This document shows, in pieces, positions 9,392 through 18,436 of a stretch of 64,000 nucleotides of DNA (position 1 is the first letter of the stretch; each line of letters starts with the position of its first letter). A model generated the notes under the pieces. That model had not been told where the DNA came from. It did not search any database and was given only the letters and a program-made list of their open reading frames with translations. This DNA comes from a candidate division WOR-3 bacterium (GTDB taxonomy: Bacteria; Hydrothermota; Tepidihabitantia; Tepidihabitantales; Tepidihabitantaceae). Made by a program: the position numbers and the translations under genes. Where the stretch lies: NCBI GenBank assembly GCA_965649225.1, contig CBFGJX010000011.1, forward strand, positions 16,467 through 80,466, written 5' to 3'.

Positions 9392-10963
9392 CTAGTTCAG
9401 GCCGACCGCCCTCACCTTGCCGGTGAATCTGAACAGACCGTTCTCGATGGTTATCGCATCCGACGGCGGTTCCGCCGCCGGGTTGCGGCCCGGTGCCCAC
9501 CAGCCCAGGGTGCCGGAAAAGTGGCCGGTGATGGCGTCGTTGCGGCACCGGTCGACAGCGATGGTTCCGTTCACCCCGACAAAGTCCTTCATAACCATGT
9601 AGGTGCGTTCACGGGCGACGTCCATCCAGTAGATGATCGCGCCCTCGTCCGATGAGCAGTTGAACTCGCCGGGCTGGCCGCTGGGAAAGTAGATGTTCAC
9701 GGTCGCAGCGACCTCCGTGCTTCGGTCCGGGCAGAGCAGTGCGTTCACGTGCGAGCCGGTGTTGCCCCGTGTCGCCTGCACCGCTGCCGCTTTCAGCAGC
9801 TCTCCGGAGCGCGTCGCGTTGCAGACCGCGCGCAGCAGGACCACGCTGTCGCCGTACACCCGGAATTCTGCCTGACCGCCGCGTCTCGGCTTGGGGTCAA
9901 CAAGGCTGCCCATCGCTGACCTGGCCTCGCCCGGGAAGCAGGAGTCCGCCATCGCGCTGAAGAACATCGTGTCCTTGCCGCACGACCACTCGTCCCCGAC
10001 AGCCCAGGTGTAACCGCAGACAATGTCAGCCCCGGCATCGAGAAAGGCCTGCACCAGCGCCGGTGTCGAGAAAGCGGCGTAGGCGCTGTAACAGCACGAG
10101 AGGTAGACAATGGTCTTGGTCTGGTTCAACGGCAAGGACTCGGCCGTGTCGAAATTCGCGTTGACGCGGATGAACCCGGGCAGGATGACGATGCTGTAGT
10201 TCGGCGTCCCCTCGAACCGCACCACCGCGGCCTGGCGCACCTGGTCCGGGCCGGGATTCAAATAGCCGGCGAGCTGTGTGACCGCCGCCTCGGCCATTGA
10301 CCGCTTCGAGTAGGTCTTGCCGAGCACAAGCCCGGCAACCTCCACGCCGACACCCGGTTCGATCGGCACGGTCGTGCCGTGACCGCTCCAGAACAGCACG
10401 TCTGAGCCGGGGTTGAACTCGCCCAGTGCCAGACCGAGGTCCACTTCGCTGCCCCGGAACCGATCGTAGCTCTCCCAGTTAAGCTTGCGGCTGAGGATAC
10501 CCCGGATTGCATCGCTCGCCCGCCGGGTCCCGGGCAGCTCGGCATCGAACGGCAGCACGTAGGTGGCGCCGTCCTGGACCTCGCCGCCGCCGGCGACCCG
10601 CACGGACGGTGTCTGCACGCGCGCGGCCGTGTCGCAGGCGGCGGTGTCGCGGCTGATGTCGCCCGTGCCGGCCAGGAGACCGTTCGAGAAAAAGGCCCAG
10701 ACCGTGCTGTCCGGCGCCACCTGCGCGGTGTCGACGCCCTCCTGCGTCAGGAGGAACGTCTGCGCCTCGGCGCAGGCCGCGTCGACGTCCCCAGCCGTGA
10801 ACCGGGCGTGGTAAATGGCCGCAGCCGAGTCCATCACCGAAAGATTGGCCTCGATCGTGCGCCGCTCGAACTCGTCGTACTTCACCGGTCCGATGTCGCA
10901 CGCGCCCAGCACCACGACCGCTGCGCACGCGAGAACGCGAAAGTCCAGCTGTCTGCTGCTCGT
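9392..10963 (-). CDS. Predicted lipoprotein with clan CD (CHAT/caspase/gingipain-like) His-Cys peptidase motifs; start codon uncertain (ACG 10963 or GTG 10915)
   Basis: Lipobox LGAC; VLFWSGHG, IVYLSCC, AFLDAGADIVCGYTWAVGD, FRVYGD. Confidence 0.6.
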   Translation of the reverse strand, partial: TSSRQLDFRVLACAAVVVLGACDIGPVKYDEFERRTIEANLSVMDSAAAIYHARFTAGDVDAACAEAQTFLLTQEGVDTAQVAPDSTVWAFFSNGLLAGTGDISRDTAACDTAARVQTPSVRVAGGGEVQDGATYVLPFDAELPGTRRASDAIRGILSRKLNWESYDRFRGSEVDLGLALGEFNPGSDVLFWSGHGTTVPIEPGVGVEVAGLVLGKTYSKRSMAEAAVTQLAGYLNPGPDQVRQAAVVRFEGTPNYSIVILPGFIRVNANFDTAESLPLNQTKTIVYLSCCYSAYAAFSTPALVQAFLDAGADIVCGYTWAVGDEWSCGKDTMFFSAMADSCFPGEARSAMGSLVDPKPRRGGQAEFRVYGDSVVLLRAVCNATRSGELLKAAAVQATRGNTGSHVNALLCPDRSTEVAATVNIYFPSGQPGEFNCSSDEGAIIYWMDVARERTYMVMKDFVGVNGTIAVDRCRNDAITGHFSGTLGWWAPGRNPAAEPPSDAITIENGLFRFTGKVRAVGLN

Positions 10964-11085
10964 AATGCCTCCTGCGTTAACGGTAACGTTTGTCTGTCTG
11001 CGGAAACCCGGATTGACGCTACCCGCAGCCGGGCCGGATGCTCCCGGCCGGGGTATCCTAAGATGATGCCTGTCTCATCCGGGCG

Positions 11086-11113
11086 AGTGTAGAAGACCGG
11101 GCAAGGTTGTCAA
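11086..11113 (-). promoter_or_regulatory. Sigma70-type promoter for the 9392-10963 gene
   Basis: Minus strand TTGACA N16 TACACT. Confidence 0.65.
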
Positions 11114-11511
11114 TGGACTTACGGCAAGCAGTTGCGGACAAGCAAAGGTCGAAGCCCTTGCCCGCACCGGTAATCTTCACGATTACGACCGGGATGACCA
11201 TTCTCAACCTCGTCGCGCGGTTTGTCGCCGGTATCGTTACCGTAACTCTTGTTGCGGTCCTGCTGTCAATATTACTGCCATCTGCCCGGCTTTGTTCAAG
11301 AAACAACACCTGAGATGGCAAACCGCCGACCCTGTCATTCAGCAAATCGGTGCCGACCTGCTGCTGAAAGTGCCAATGTTCCAGCCCGCAGGAATCAAAG
11401 AGTTTCCCCCGCACCTGGCCCGAGTCCTGCGAACGGTCAACAAGCTGACCAGATGCAACAATGAGGACAACGTGACGGTCCGGGCGCAGCCGGACTGCTC
11501 GTCAACCCGAG

Positions 11512-14500
11512 CTAGAACTGCCCGGTGATGCGGACTGAGAGCAGATGTGACGCGGCCGCGCCTGAAGGCAGGGTCGCGTCGTAGTCAAACTGGAGATACA
11601 GGAACCGCCAGAGGTTGAGGTTCACCCCGGCGCCGGGCGTCGCGGTCAGTGTTGCGCTGGCTTTGTCGGTCGAACGGCTGCCGCCGAGCCGCGCACGCAG
11701 GTATGACTTCTCCCCGACGCGGTACTGGCCCTCGGCCGCGGCCTTCACCTCGCCGCTCTCCAGTTCGGCCCTGATGTAGCGGTCAATCTCGCCGCGCCAG
11801 TTGCCGGTGAGTCTTGTGCGCAGGCGGTCGGTCCACGGCCGGTTCCATTCGAAGTAGATGTTGTTGACTTCGGAGCGCGGGTAACCATCGGCCGAGCGCC
11901 GGTCCCAGACCGAGCTGAACCTGCCGGCCCGACCGGGTTCCCAGTCGACCTTGACCCTGTCCTCGACTGTCAGCCGCGTGTCGGGCATCGAGAAAAGGCC
12001 GCTGGCGCCGCGGTTGTACTGGCGCCGCGCCCACACCGACAGCCCGCTCACGGGCGTGAGCTGAACCGTGCCCTGCAGGTTGGACAGCGTTGCGACCGAT
12101 GCGGTTTGGCCTGCCCCGAGCGGCCGCATGGCCAGCCACGGCCGCTCGAATCCCGGTTCGAGCCCGCGCAGGTATTCGCTGAAGCTCGTGCCTGCGCCGA
12201 CCGAGAAGTTGACGACCGACAGCGCCGCGACCCAGCGGCCCGGCGCGATGTGCAGGTTGTTGAGCTGGGACGCGGCCAGGTCCAGCTCGCTCGCCGCGCC
12301 GCGGTACTGCCCGGCAACGAGGTCGTAGGACCCGGTGTAGGAGACTCCCGGCACGAGGTCGAGGTTGATCCGGGCCCGAACCTCTTCGCCTGACCGTGGC
12401 GCCGCGCCCGCCTCGAGCCAGCCGCGCCGCCACGAGATATCGGCGTTCAACGGATTTCCCAGACTGAAGTTTGCGTCGGCCCCGACCTCGGTGTTGCCCT
12501 CGGTCGCGCCGTCCGGACGCTCGAGCGCGTCGCTGCCCGCGACTGCGTCAACCCGCGCGCGCGCCCGGCCCCGTTCGGTACCCCAGCCCAGACCGGCTTT
12601 CAACCGGCGCTTCCGGTAATCGGGTACCGCGTCGGTTCCGGCAAGAGCCCAGACTGTTGCGATACGTGGGTTGGAGTAGCCGACCTTGCCCCACGCGTGA
12701 CTCTCCTCTGCCCGCGCGCCCAGCGTATCGCGCAGCCAGTCGCGGTCGTATCGGCCTTCCAGCTTGATGTGACGCACCGGCTCCACCGTAATCCCTGCAC
12801 CCGCGCCGTGCTCGAGCCGGCCGTACCGGCGCACCTCGGCTCCGTACCCGGCAAAGCCCGGCGCATAGCCGCGGTAATTCGCACTGACACTCGCCGGGCC
12901 AATTCCGGCAGTCAGGTTCCAGACCTGGGCCCACTTGCCCGCGAAATCGACCGCGGCCTGCGGCGCGACGCGCAGGCTGGCGCCGCGACCCAGGCTCGGT
13001 TGCCAGCGCGCCGACAGGTGGACTGCACTGGTGCTGTCCAGGTGCGTGAACCCGGGCGCGACCAGAAGCCCGGCAGCCGGCTCGAGTATCGGCTGGGCCG
13101 AAGCCAGCAGCCCGCCCCGACTGCGCGCGATTGAAGAATAGCGCACCTCGACCGCGCTGAACTCGCTCACCGCGTCGTCACGCAGGAAAAGCAGCGTGCC
13201 CGACGTGTAGTCAACCGCGTAGTCGGTGCCGCGCGCCATCGGCTCGCCGTCCACCAGTACGGTCTCGCTGTTCTTGACTATCGGTCGGGCCGAGAGCACA
13301 TAGAACGCCGAGCGCGACTCGTAGCGGCATTCGAGCGTGTAGCGGCTCAGTGTGTCCTCATAGACCCAGACCGGGAACGGCCGCGCCGCCGGAAAAACCA
13401 GCCAGCCGAGCCGGTGATCAATTCGCCCCCAGTCAACCCGACCGTCACGGTCGTCATCGAGGCCGAACTCCACCAGCGGTCGCACGGCTCCCAGCGAGTC
13501 ACGGATGGTCAGCTCCAGACTGCCCGGCACGATATTGGGGCCGAGAAAGTAGGCATTCTCCTGTGCCGTGCTCGAGTCCCGGGCCTGCAGCAGGTAATCG
13601 TGTCCGTTCAGCCGCAACGCGATGATTTCGGAATCGCCCCGCTGGGACAGAAACTGCACTATCCCAGCCTGGCGGTCGACAAAGTAATGAACTCCCGGCA
13701 GCAGCGGGTCGTAATCACCCTCGGTCCCGGCGACGATGCGTCGCTCGGTATCCGGCCCGTTCGTCGCCGTGCGCCGGTCGTCAACAAGGATCGTGTCCGC
13801 CTCGCCGGGCAGCGGCACCACGCGCAGGCGATAGCGGACCCGGCGCGCAAAGCCACGGTCGGGCAGCGTGATGCGCTTCGCGGCCTTGCGCCCGGTGAAG
13901 TAGTCGCGCTGAGGAACCGACTGCAGCACGCCGCCCTGGGCGACCAGGCTGTGCCTGCCGGCACGCAGCCGGGCCCGGCCCCCGAGCAGCTGGTGCGCCG
14001 GCACGATGCCGTACTCGAAGTAATCCGAGTCCAGCAGCCCGGCGTCGGCCCGCGCGAGGATGTCACGCTCGGCGCCGCGCCAGCCCGCGCCCCAGGGCAC
14101 GGTGCCGCGGTCGGTGTCGTCATAGAACAGCCGCAGGTTTCGGCCGGTCTCGTGCTCCGCGGTCAGCGCCAGGTTCAGGTTGCGGTACTCGCTGCGCCGA
14201 CCGAACTCGCCGGGCAGTGAGAGGGAACTCGAGTAGTAGGCCCGGCCGGCCAGCCGCAGGTCGGTCTTCGGCAGCAGCCGCAGGTGCGCGCCGTTGTCGT
14301 CAAGATAAACCAGTCCGGCCCCGGCCCGCCCGCGCTCAAGCACCTGGCTGCGCCACGTCCCCGCCGACTTGTCCAGCACCGCGACACGGCCCGCACCCAG
14401 CGCGTAAACAAACTGCGCGTCCTCGTAACAGCCGACCAGCGAATCAATATCGAGTCCGGTCGTCCGATTCCAGGTCCGGGTTGTTCGCTCGGCCCAGTCA

Positions 14501-15306
14501 AAAGCGACCAGCCCGGCATCGGTCGCGACCAGCAGGCCCGCGCTGCCCACCGTCAGGCCGCGCGCCGCGCCGAAATCCGCGTCGCGGAAGCCGGCCCACT
14601 GCCGGGCCCTCGGGTCAAAAAACCGTACCCGCCCCGCGACGATTGCAAACACCGAATCGCCCAGCGTCCCTACGTCACCGACATTGTCAAGGTTGTAGCG
14701 GGCGACCGCGCCGCTGCCGCGTTCGACTGCCAGCGCACCGGCCGTCCCGAAAAAGAACAACCTTGCCGGCGTCGCAACGATACGCTCGCAGCGGCCCTGG
14801 GCGCCGGGTACCGGCTCGAGCCGTTCGAACTCGGGCAGGTAGCGCCAGACGCCGCTGTCGGTTGCCAGCCACACCGCGCCGCCCGCAAGCAGCACGTCGC
14901 GGCACGGCAGCCCGCCCAGGCTCTCCCAGGTCTCGCTGAACTTGTCGTAGCGATACAGCCCGCCCGCCGCCGCCACCCAAACGTAGTCAGCGTCAAACGC
15001 GAACCCGCTGACAGCCACTGGCCCGGGCCGGACCTGCCAGTCGCGCGCCCGCGCGTCGGCCACGACCACCCCGGCCAGAGTCCCGGCCCAGAGCAGACCG
15101 TCGTCGGCACCCAGTGCCTGCACTGAATCCAGCTGTCCGGCACCGGCCGCCGCCCGCTGCCACACCCCGGTGCTCCGGTCGAATGAAAAAATCCCGCTCG
15201 GCAGCAGAAAATAGACCTGCGCTGACCCGGCCGGGTCCAGCACCACTGACCGGCCCGGCGGCACCCGGCCCGGCAGCAGAAGCGTCAGCAGTACCGCTGC
15301 AACCAG
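11512..15306 (-). CDS. Large outer-membrane protein: N-terminal beta-propeller plus beta-barrel with SprA-like segments; start uncertain (CTG 15306 or GTG 15264)
   Basis: About seven blades of type WxATxxGxxxxD in the first ~300 aa; IVKNSETVLVDGEPMARGTDYAVDYTSGTLLF and IVPGSLELTI segments; alternating beta-strand pattern ending in aromatic residue (RITGQF). Confidence 0.65.
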   Translation of the reverse strand: MVAAVLLTLLLPGRVPPGRSVVLDPAGSAQVYFLLPSGIFSFDRSTGVWQRAAAGAGQLDSVQALGADDGLLWAGTLAGVVVADARARDWQVRPGPVAVSGFAFDADYVWVAAAGGLYRYDKFSETWESLGGLPCRDVLLAGGAVWLATDSGVWRYLPEFERLEPVPGAQGRCERIVATPARLFFFGTAGALAVERGSGAVARYNLDNVGDVGTLGDSVFAIVAGRVRFFDPRARQWAGFRDADFGAARGLTVGSAGLLVATDAGLVAFDWAERTTRTWNRTTGLDIDSLVGCYEDAQFVYALGAGRVAVLDKSAGTWRSQVLERGRAGAGLVYLDDNGAHLRLLPKTDLRLAGRAYYSSSLSLPGEFGRRSEYRNLNLALTAEHETGRNLRLFYDDTDRGTVPWGAGWRGAERDILARADAGLLDSDYFEYGIVPAHQLLGGRARLRAGRHSLVAQGGVLQSVPQRDYFTGRKAAKRITLPDRGFARRVRYRLRVVPLPGEADTILVDDRRTATNGPDTERRIVAGTEGDYDPLLPGVHYFVDRQAGIVQFLSQRGDSEIIALRLNGHDYLLQARDSSTAQENAYFLGPNIVPGSLELTIRDSLGAVRPLVEFGLDDDRDGRVDWGRIDHRLGWLVFPAARPFPVWVYEDTLSRYTLECRYESRSAFYVLSARPIVKNSETVLVDGEPMARGTDYAVDYTSGTLLFLRDDAVSEFSAVEVRYSSIARSRGGLLASAQPILEPAAGLLVAPGFTHLDSTSAVHLSARWQPSLGRGASLRVAPQAAVDFAGKWAQVWNLTAGIGPASVSANYRGYAPGFAGYGAEVRRYGRLEHGAGAGITVEPVRHIKLEGRYDRDWLRDTLGARAEESHAWGKVGYSNPRIATVWALAGTDAVPDYRKRRLKAGLGWGTERGRARARVDAVAGSDALERPDGATEGNTEVGADANFSLGNPLNADISWRRGWLEAGAAPRSGEEVRARINLDLVPGVSYTGSYDLVAGQYRGAASELDLAASQLNNLHIAPGRWVAALSVVNFSVGAGTSFSEYLRGLEPGFERPWLAMRPLGAGQTASVATLSNLQGTVQLTPVSGLSVWARRQYNRGASGLFSMPDTRLTVEDRVKVDWEPGRAGRFSSVWDRRSADGYPRSEVNNIYFEWNRPWTDRLRTRLTGNWRGEIDRYIRAELESGEVKAAAEGQYRVGEKSYLRARLGGSRSTDKASATLTATPGAGVNLNLWRFLYLQFDYDATLPSGAAASHLLSVRITGQF

Positions 15307-15309
15307 AGA

Positions 15310-16815
15310 CTATTCCTGAATGAAACCGGAAGGCAGGTCCTCGCCGCTCTGCTGGCCGCAGCGCAGCTGGACCTTCTCCTCGGTGATATAGGACCCGGTG
15401 CGGCGACGCTCCTCGCCCATCCGCCACACCTGGATCGCGGCCGGCCCGTCAACCGGGCAACGCGACTCGCAGACCCCGCAACCGACGCACAACCGCTCGT
15501 CCACGAACGGCCGCAGCAGCGTCTCGCCGTGAATCGTCTCGTTGAACGCCTCGATGGCGTTGTACTGGCAGGCCTCGTCGCAGACCAGACACACCCGGTT
15601 TTGCTCCCACGCGATGCAACGCGCGCGGTCGACGACCGCGGTGCCGATGCGCGCGTAGCTCTTCTCTTCCAGTGAGAGACTGCGTATCGCCCCGGTCGGG
15701 CAGTGCTGCCCGCACAGGTTGCAGTTCTTCTCGCAGCCACCGATGCGCGGCACCAGGTGCGGCGACCACGCGCCCTCGACCCCGGCCTCGAACAGCGCCG
15801 GCTGCAGGCCGTTCGTCGGACAGACCTTGTAGCACAACCCGCAGCGCACGCAGGCATTGAGAAACTCCGGCTCCGGGATGGCACCGGGTGGCCGGATGAA
15901 CCGGCCCTGCAGCTTCTTGTGTAACAGGCTGCGCGCGAGCGGCGCCAGCACCGCGGCCGAGCCGATCGCCAGCAGCGCCTGCCGGCGCCCGATGTCAAAC
16001 TGCGCCGGCCGCGGATGGATACGATAGGCGATTGCCGAATCGGGACAGCCAAACCCGCAGCTGCCGCAGACGACACATTCGCCCGCGTCGATGTACGAAC
16101 GGTCGGACTCGATTGCGTCGGTCGGACAGACCCGTTCGCAGGCCCGGCAGTGGTGACATTCCCGCCGCCATGCGAACTTGAACAGTGCAAGCTTGGACAG
16201 CAGCGCATACATCCCGCCCAGCGGGCACAGATTGCGGCACCAGAACCGGCGCTGGCTGAGCCCGAGCGCAAGGATGCCGCCGAACAAAGCAAGCGCCAGT
16301 GCCACCTCGGTGTAGGCCGGCCCCGAGTGCAAACCCTTGGCGATGTAGGTCCATGCCGGCCAGAGCGCAACGGTCAGGGTGCGCTCGAAAATCACCAGCG
16401 GGTCCAGGAAACCCGTGAACGATGCGCCCAGCCCGGCCCCGGCCAGAAGAAAAGCCAGTGTCGCGTACTTGCCGTAACGCAGCCAGCGCGGCCCCCCGCT
16501 GTCCCGTCGCGCCACCGCGTCAAACAGGTCCACCGCCGTGCCCAGCGGACAGACATAGCCACAGAAAAACCGGCCCAGCACGACTGTCAGCCCGACCAGC
16601 ACCAGCGCCGGCAGCAGTGTCGTCACGACCGAGCGCGCCGCGACGCTGGTCACCAGCAGCGCCAGCGGGTCAAACCGCAGAAACAGATTCTGCACCCCCG
16701 GTGCGACGCCGTAGCGTGCCAGCGCGAACAGCACCAGAAACAGCCCGAGAAACAGCAACTGCACCACCCAGCGCAGTGCCCGCCACGCCCTCCTGCCGTC
16801 TCCCTTTTTCGTCAT
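15310..16815 (-). CDS. Membrane polyferredoxin (NapH/MauN-like TM domain fused to NapG/MauM-like 4Fe-4S domain)
   Basis: GRFFCGYVCPLG and RFWCRNLCPLG (CX3CP), several CxxCxxCxxxCP motifs, IRPPGA...FLNACVRCGLCYKVCP. Confidence 0.9.
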   Translation of the reverse strand: MTKKGDGRRAWRALRWVVQLLFLGLFLVLFALARYGVAPGVQNLFLRFDPLALLVTSVAARSVVTTLLPALVLVGLTVVLGRFFCGYVCPLGTAVDLFDAVARRDSGGPRWLRYGKYATLAFLLAGAGLGASFTGFLDPLVIFERTLTVALWPAWTYIAKGLHSGPAYTEVALALALFGGILALGLSQRRFWCRNLCPLGGMYALLSKLALFKFAWRRECHHCRACERVCPTDAIESDRSYIDAGECVVCGSCGFGCPDSAIAYRIHPRPAQFDIGRRQALLAIGSAAVLAPLARSLLHKKLQGRFIRPPGAIPEPEFLNACVRCGLCYKVCPTNGLQPALFEAGVEGAWSPHLVPRIGGCEKNCNLCGQHCPTGAIRSLSLEEKSYARIGTAVVDRARCIAWEQNRVCLVCDEACQYNAIEAFNETIHGETLLRPFVDERLCVGCGVCESRCPVDGPAAIQVWRMGEERRRTGSYITEEKVQLRCGQQSGEDLPSGFIQE

Positions 16816-16899
16816 TAGAGCTTCGAGTTTGTCCTGCCGGCTTTGACTTTTGGCTCTTGGCTTCTGGCTTCTGACTTCTCCGCTCTACGTTTCGTCATT
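16807..16899. repeat. Degenerate 7-bp tandem array flanked by a 10-bp direct repeat
   Basis: GCTTTGA CTTTTGG CTCTTGG CTTCTGG CTTCTGA CTTCTCC (16840-16881); TTTCGTCATT at 16807-16816 and 16890-16899. Confidence 0.75.
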
Positions 16900-16922
16900 C
16901 GGACTTAAGCCGCGGCCCTGTC

Positions 16923-17843
16923 CTATGCCGTGACCGCCTTGACCTTCATCTTCGCCGTATCAATCTCGCCCAGGCCCAGCTCGCTGGCCGCGACGATGTG
17001 CTTGACGCTCCGGCCGGTGAACGACTTGTTGTACCACTGGGTCAGGCCGACCGCGTAGGAATCCACCGCCACCGGGTCAGCCCCGGCCACGACCTTGTCC
17101 AGTCGCACGGTCTTGCCCGGCCCGCCCGGCCCGCCGCTGGTCAGCGCCCGGGTTGCATCGACGATCGTCAGGTCCGGCTTGATGACGAGCGCCAGCTCGG
17201 CAATGGCCTTGTGCAGGTTTCTGATATGCAGATAGCCGCGGTCCCATATCAGCCCCATCAGATTCTTCAGCCCCAGGCTGACTCCGGTCGCCGAATGAGA
17301 TTTGGCAGTCGGCAGGCTGATGAGCTTGTCGGCCTGCCGCACGGTTCGCGCAATCTTGACTTTCTTCAGCTCGGTCGCACCCGGAATCGCCACCTCCTCG
17401 TACTGCCGCTCCTCGTTTGGCGTCAGCAGGCTGACCTTTTTCGGGTCGACGATGGCGCTGCTGATGCCGCTGCGGTCAATGCAGAGTTTCGGGTCGGCAA
17501 TGGTGTGGTCGAGCAGAACGACCCGGGCTGCACCCGCCTCCAGGCACAGCTCGACGACCTGCCGGGCGACGCCGGCGCTGGTTGTCGCCCCGCAATCCGA
17601 GTTGGCCGCGAACGAGATGTTCGGCTTGATGACAACTTTGTCGCCGGGCTTGACGAACTGGCCGATGCCGCCGAGCGCATCGACCGCGGCCCGCACCAGC
17701 TTCGAATTGTCGCCCGCGGCGACCGCGACGGTCGGCCCGGTTGTCGGCTGCGGCTCGGCCCCGAACAGCCGCCGCGGCAACAGCGCCGCCGCCGCGATAC
17801 CGACGCCGACCTTGATGAAATCCCGTCTCGTAATCCCGCTCAT
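16923..17843 (-). CDS. DUF362-domain protein with Tat signal peptide
   Basis: TRRDFIK twin-arginine motif; VVIKPN, KSH, LKNLMG, DPVAVD motifs. Confidence 0.9.
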   Translation of the reverse strand: MSGITRRDFIKVGVGIAAAALLPRRLFGAEPQPTTGPTVAVAAGDNSKLVRAAVDALGGIGQFVKPGDKVVIKPNISFAANSDCGATTSAGVARQVVELCLEAGAARVVLLDHTIADPKLCIDRSGISSAIVDPKKVSLLTPNEERQYEEVAIPGATELKKVKIARTVRQADKLISLPTAKSHSATGVSLGLKNLMGLIWDRGYLHIRNLHKAIAELALVIKPDLTIVDATRALTSGGPGGPGKTVRLDKVVAGADPVAVDSYAVGLTQWYNKSFTGRSVKHIVAASELGLGEIDTAKMKVKAVTA

Positions 17844-17871
17844 CACCTTCTCCGCTTCATTGACACTCCGC

Positions 17872-18435
17872 CTACTCGGCAATCGCCTGCGCAACGTTCA
17901 GGCAGAACAGCTTGGCGATGTCCAGCGCCGCCTGACTCTTGTCGAGGATGCTGACCGATACATAGAATTCCCGGAATCGGAAGTCGACTCGCCAGGCGAA
18001 CAGCAGCGATTCGTCAACTCGCGCCTGGTCCCCGGGCGGGTTGTCGGTCCAGGGCGTCTCCGTGCCGGTCCCGACCACGCCGTAAACCGCCCGGGCGTTG
18101 CTCGAGTCGCCCATGTCAAACACCCGCAGCTCCAGTTCAACCGCCGCTCCCCCCAGGGTACCGGTAAAACTCTGAAAGGCACAGCGGACAAAGCCGTTGT
18201 CAATGTAGGGCTGACCCTCGCCGTCAATCAGGGCATAGAGCCCGTCAGCGTTCTCGGCCGTCCTCATCGCCCCGGAACGAACCCAGCCGCTGATTTCGTT
18301 GTCGGTCGGCACCAGCTCGATGACGTCCTTCTTCACCGGTGCAGCCGGCTGACATGCCACTGCCGCCAGCACAAGCATGATCGGCAGTCTCAGCAATCTT
18401 CGTTTGTCTGATTTTCCGGTAATCATATTCCTCAT
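17872..18435 (-). CDS. Putative lipoprotein, DUF6599-like
   Basis: Lipobox AVAC; LYALIDGEGQPY, VFDMGDSSNARAVY, FRFREFYV resemble DUF6599. Confidence 0.65.
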   Translation of the reverse strand: MRNMITGKSDKRRLLRLPIMLVLAAVACQPAAPVKKDVIELVPTDNEISGWVRSGAMRTAENADGLYALIDGEGQPYIDNGFVRCAFQSFTGTLGGAAVELELRVFDMGDSSNARAVYGVVGTGTETPWTDNPPGDQARVDESLLFAWRVDFRFREFYVSVSILDKSQAALDIAKLFCLNVAQAIAE

Positions 18436-18436
18436 T

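Noticed and set aside
11107..11372. Selenocysteine read-through at TGA 11311-11313
   Set aside because: Frame closes again shortly after; no SECIS-like hairpin or redox motif
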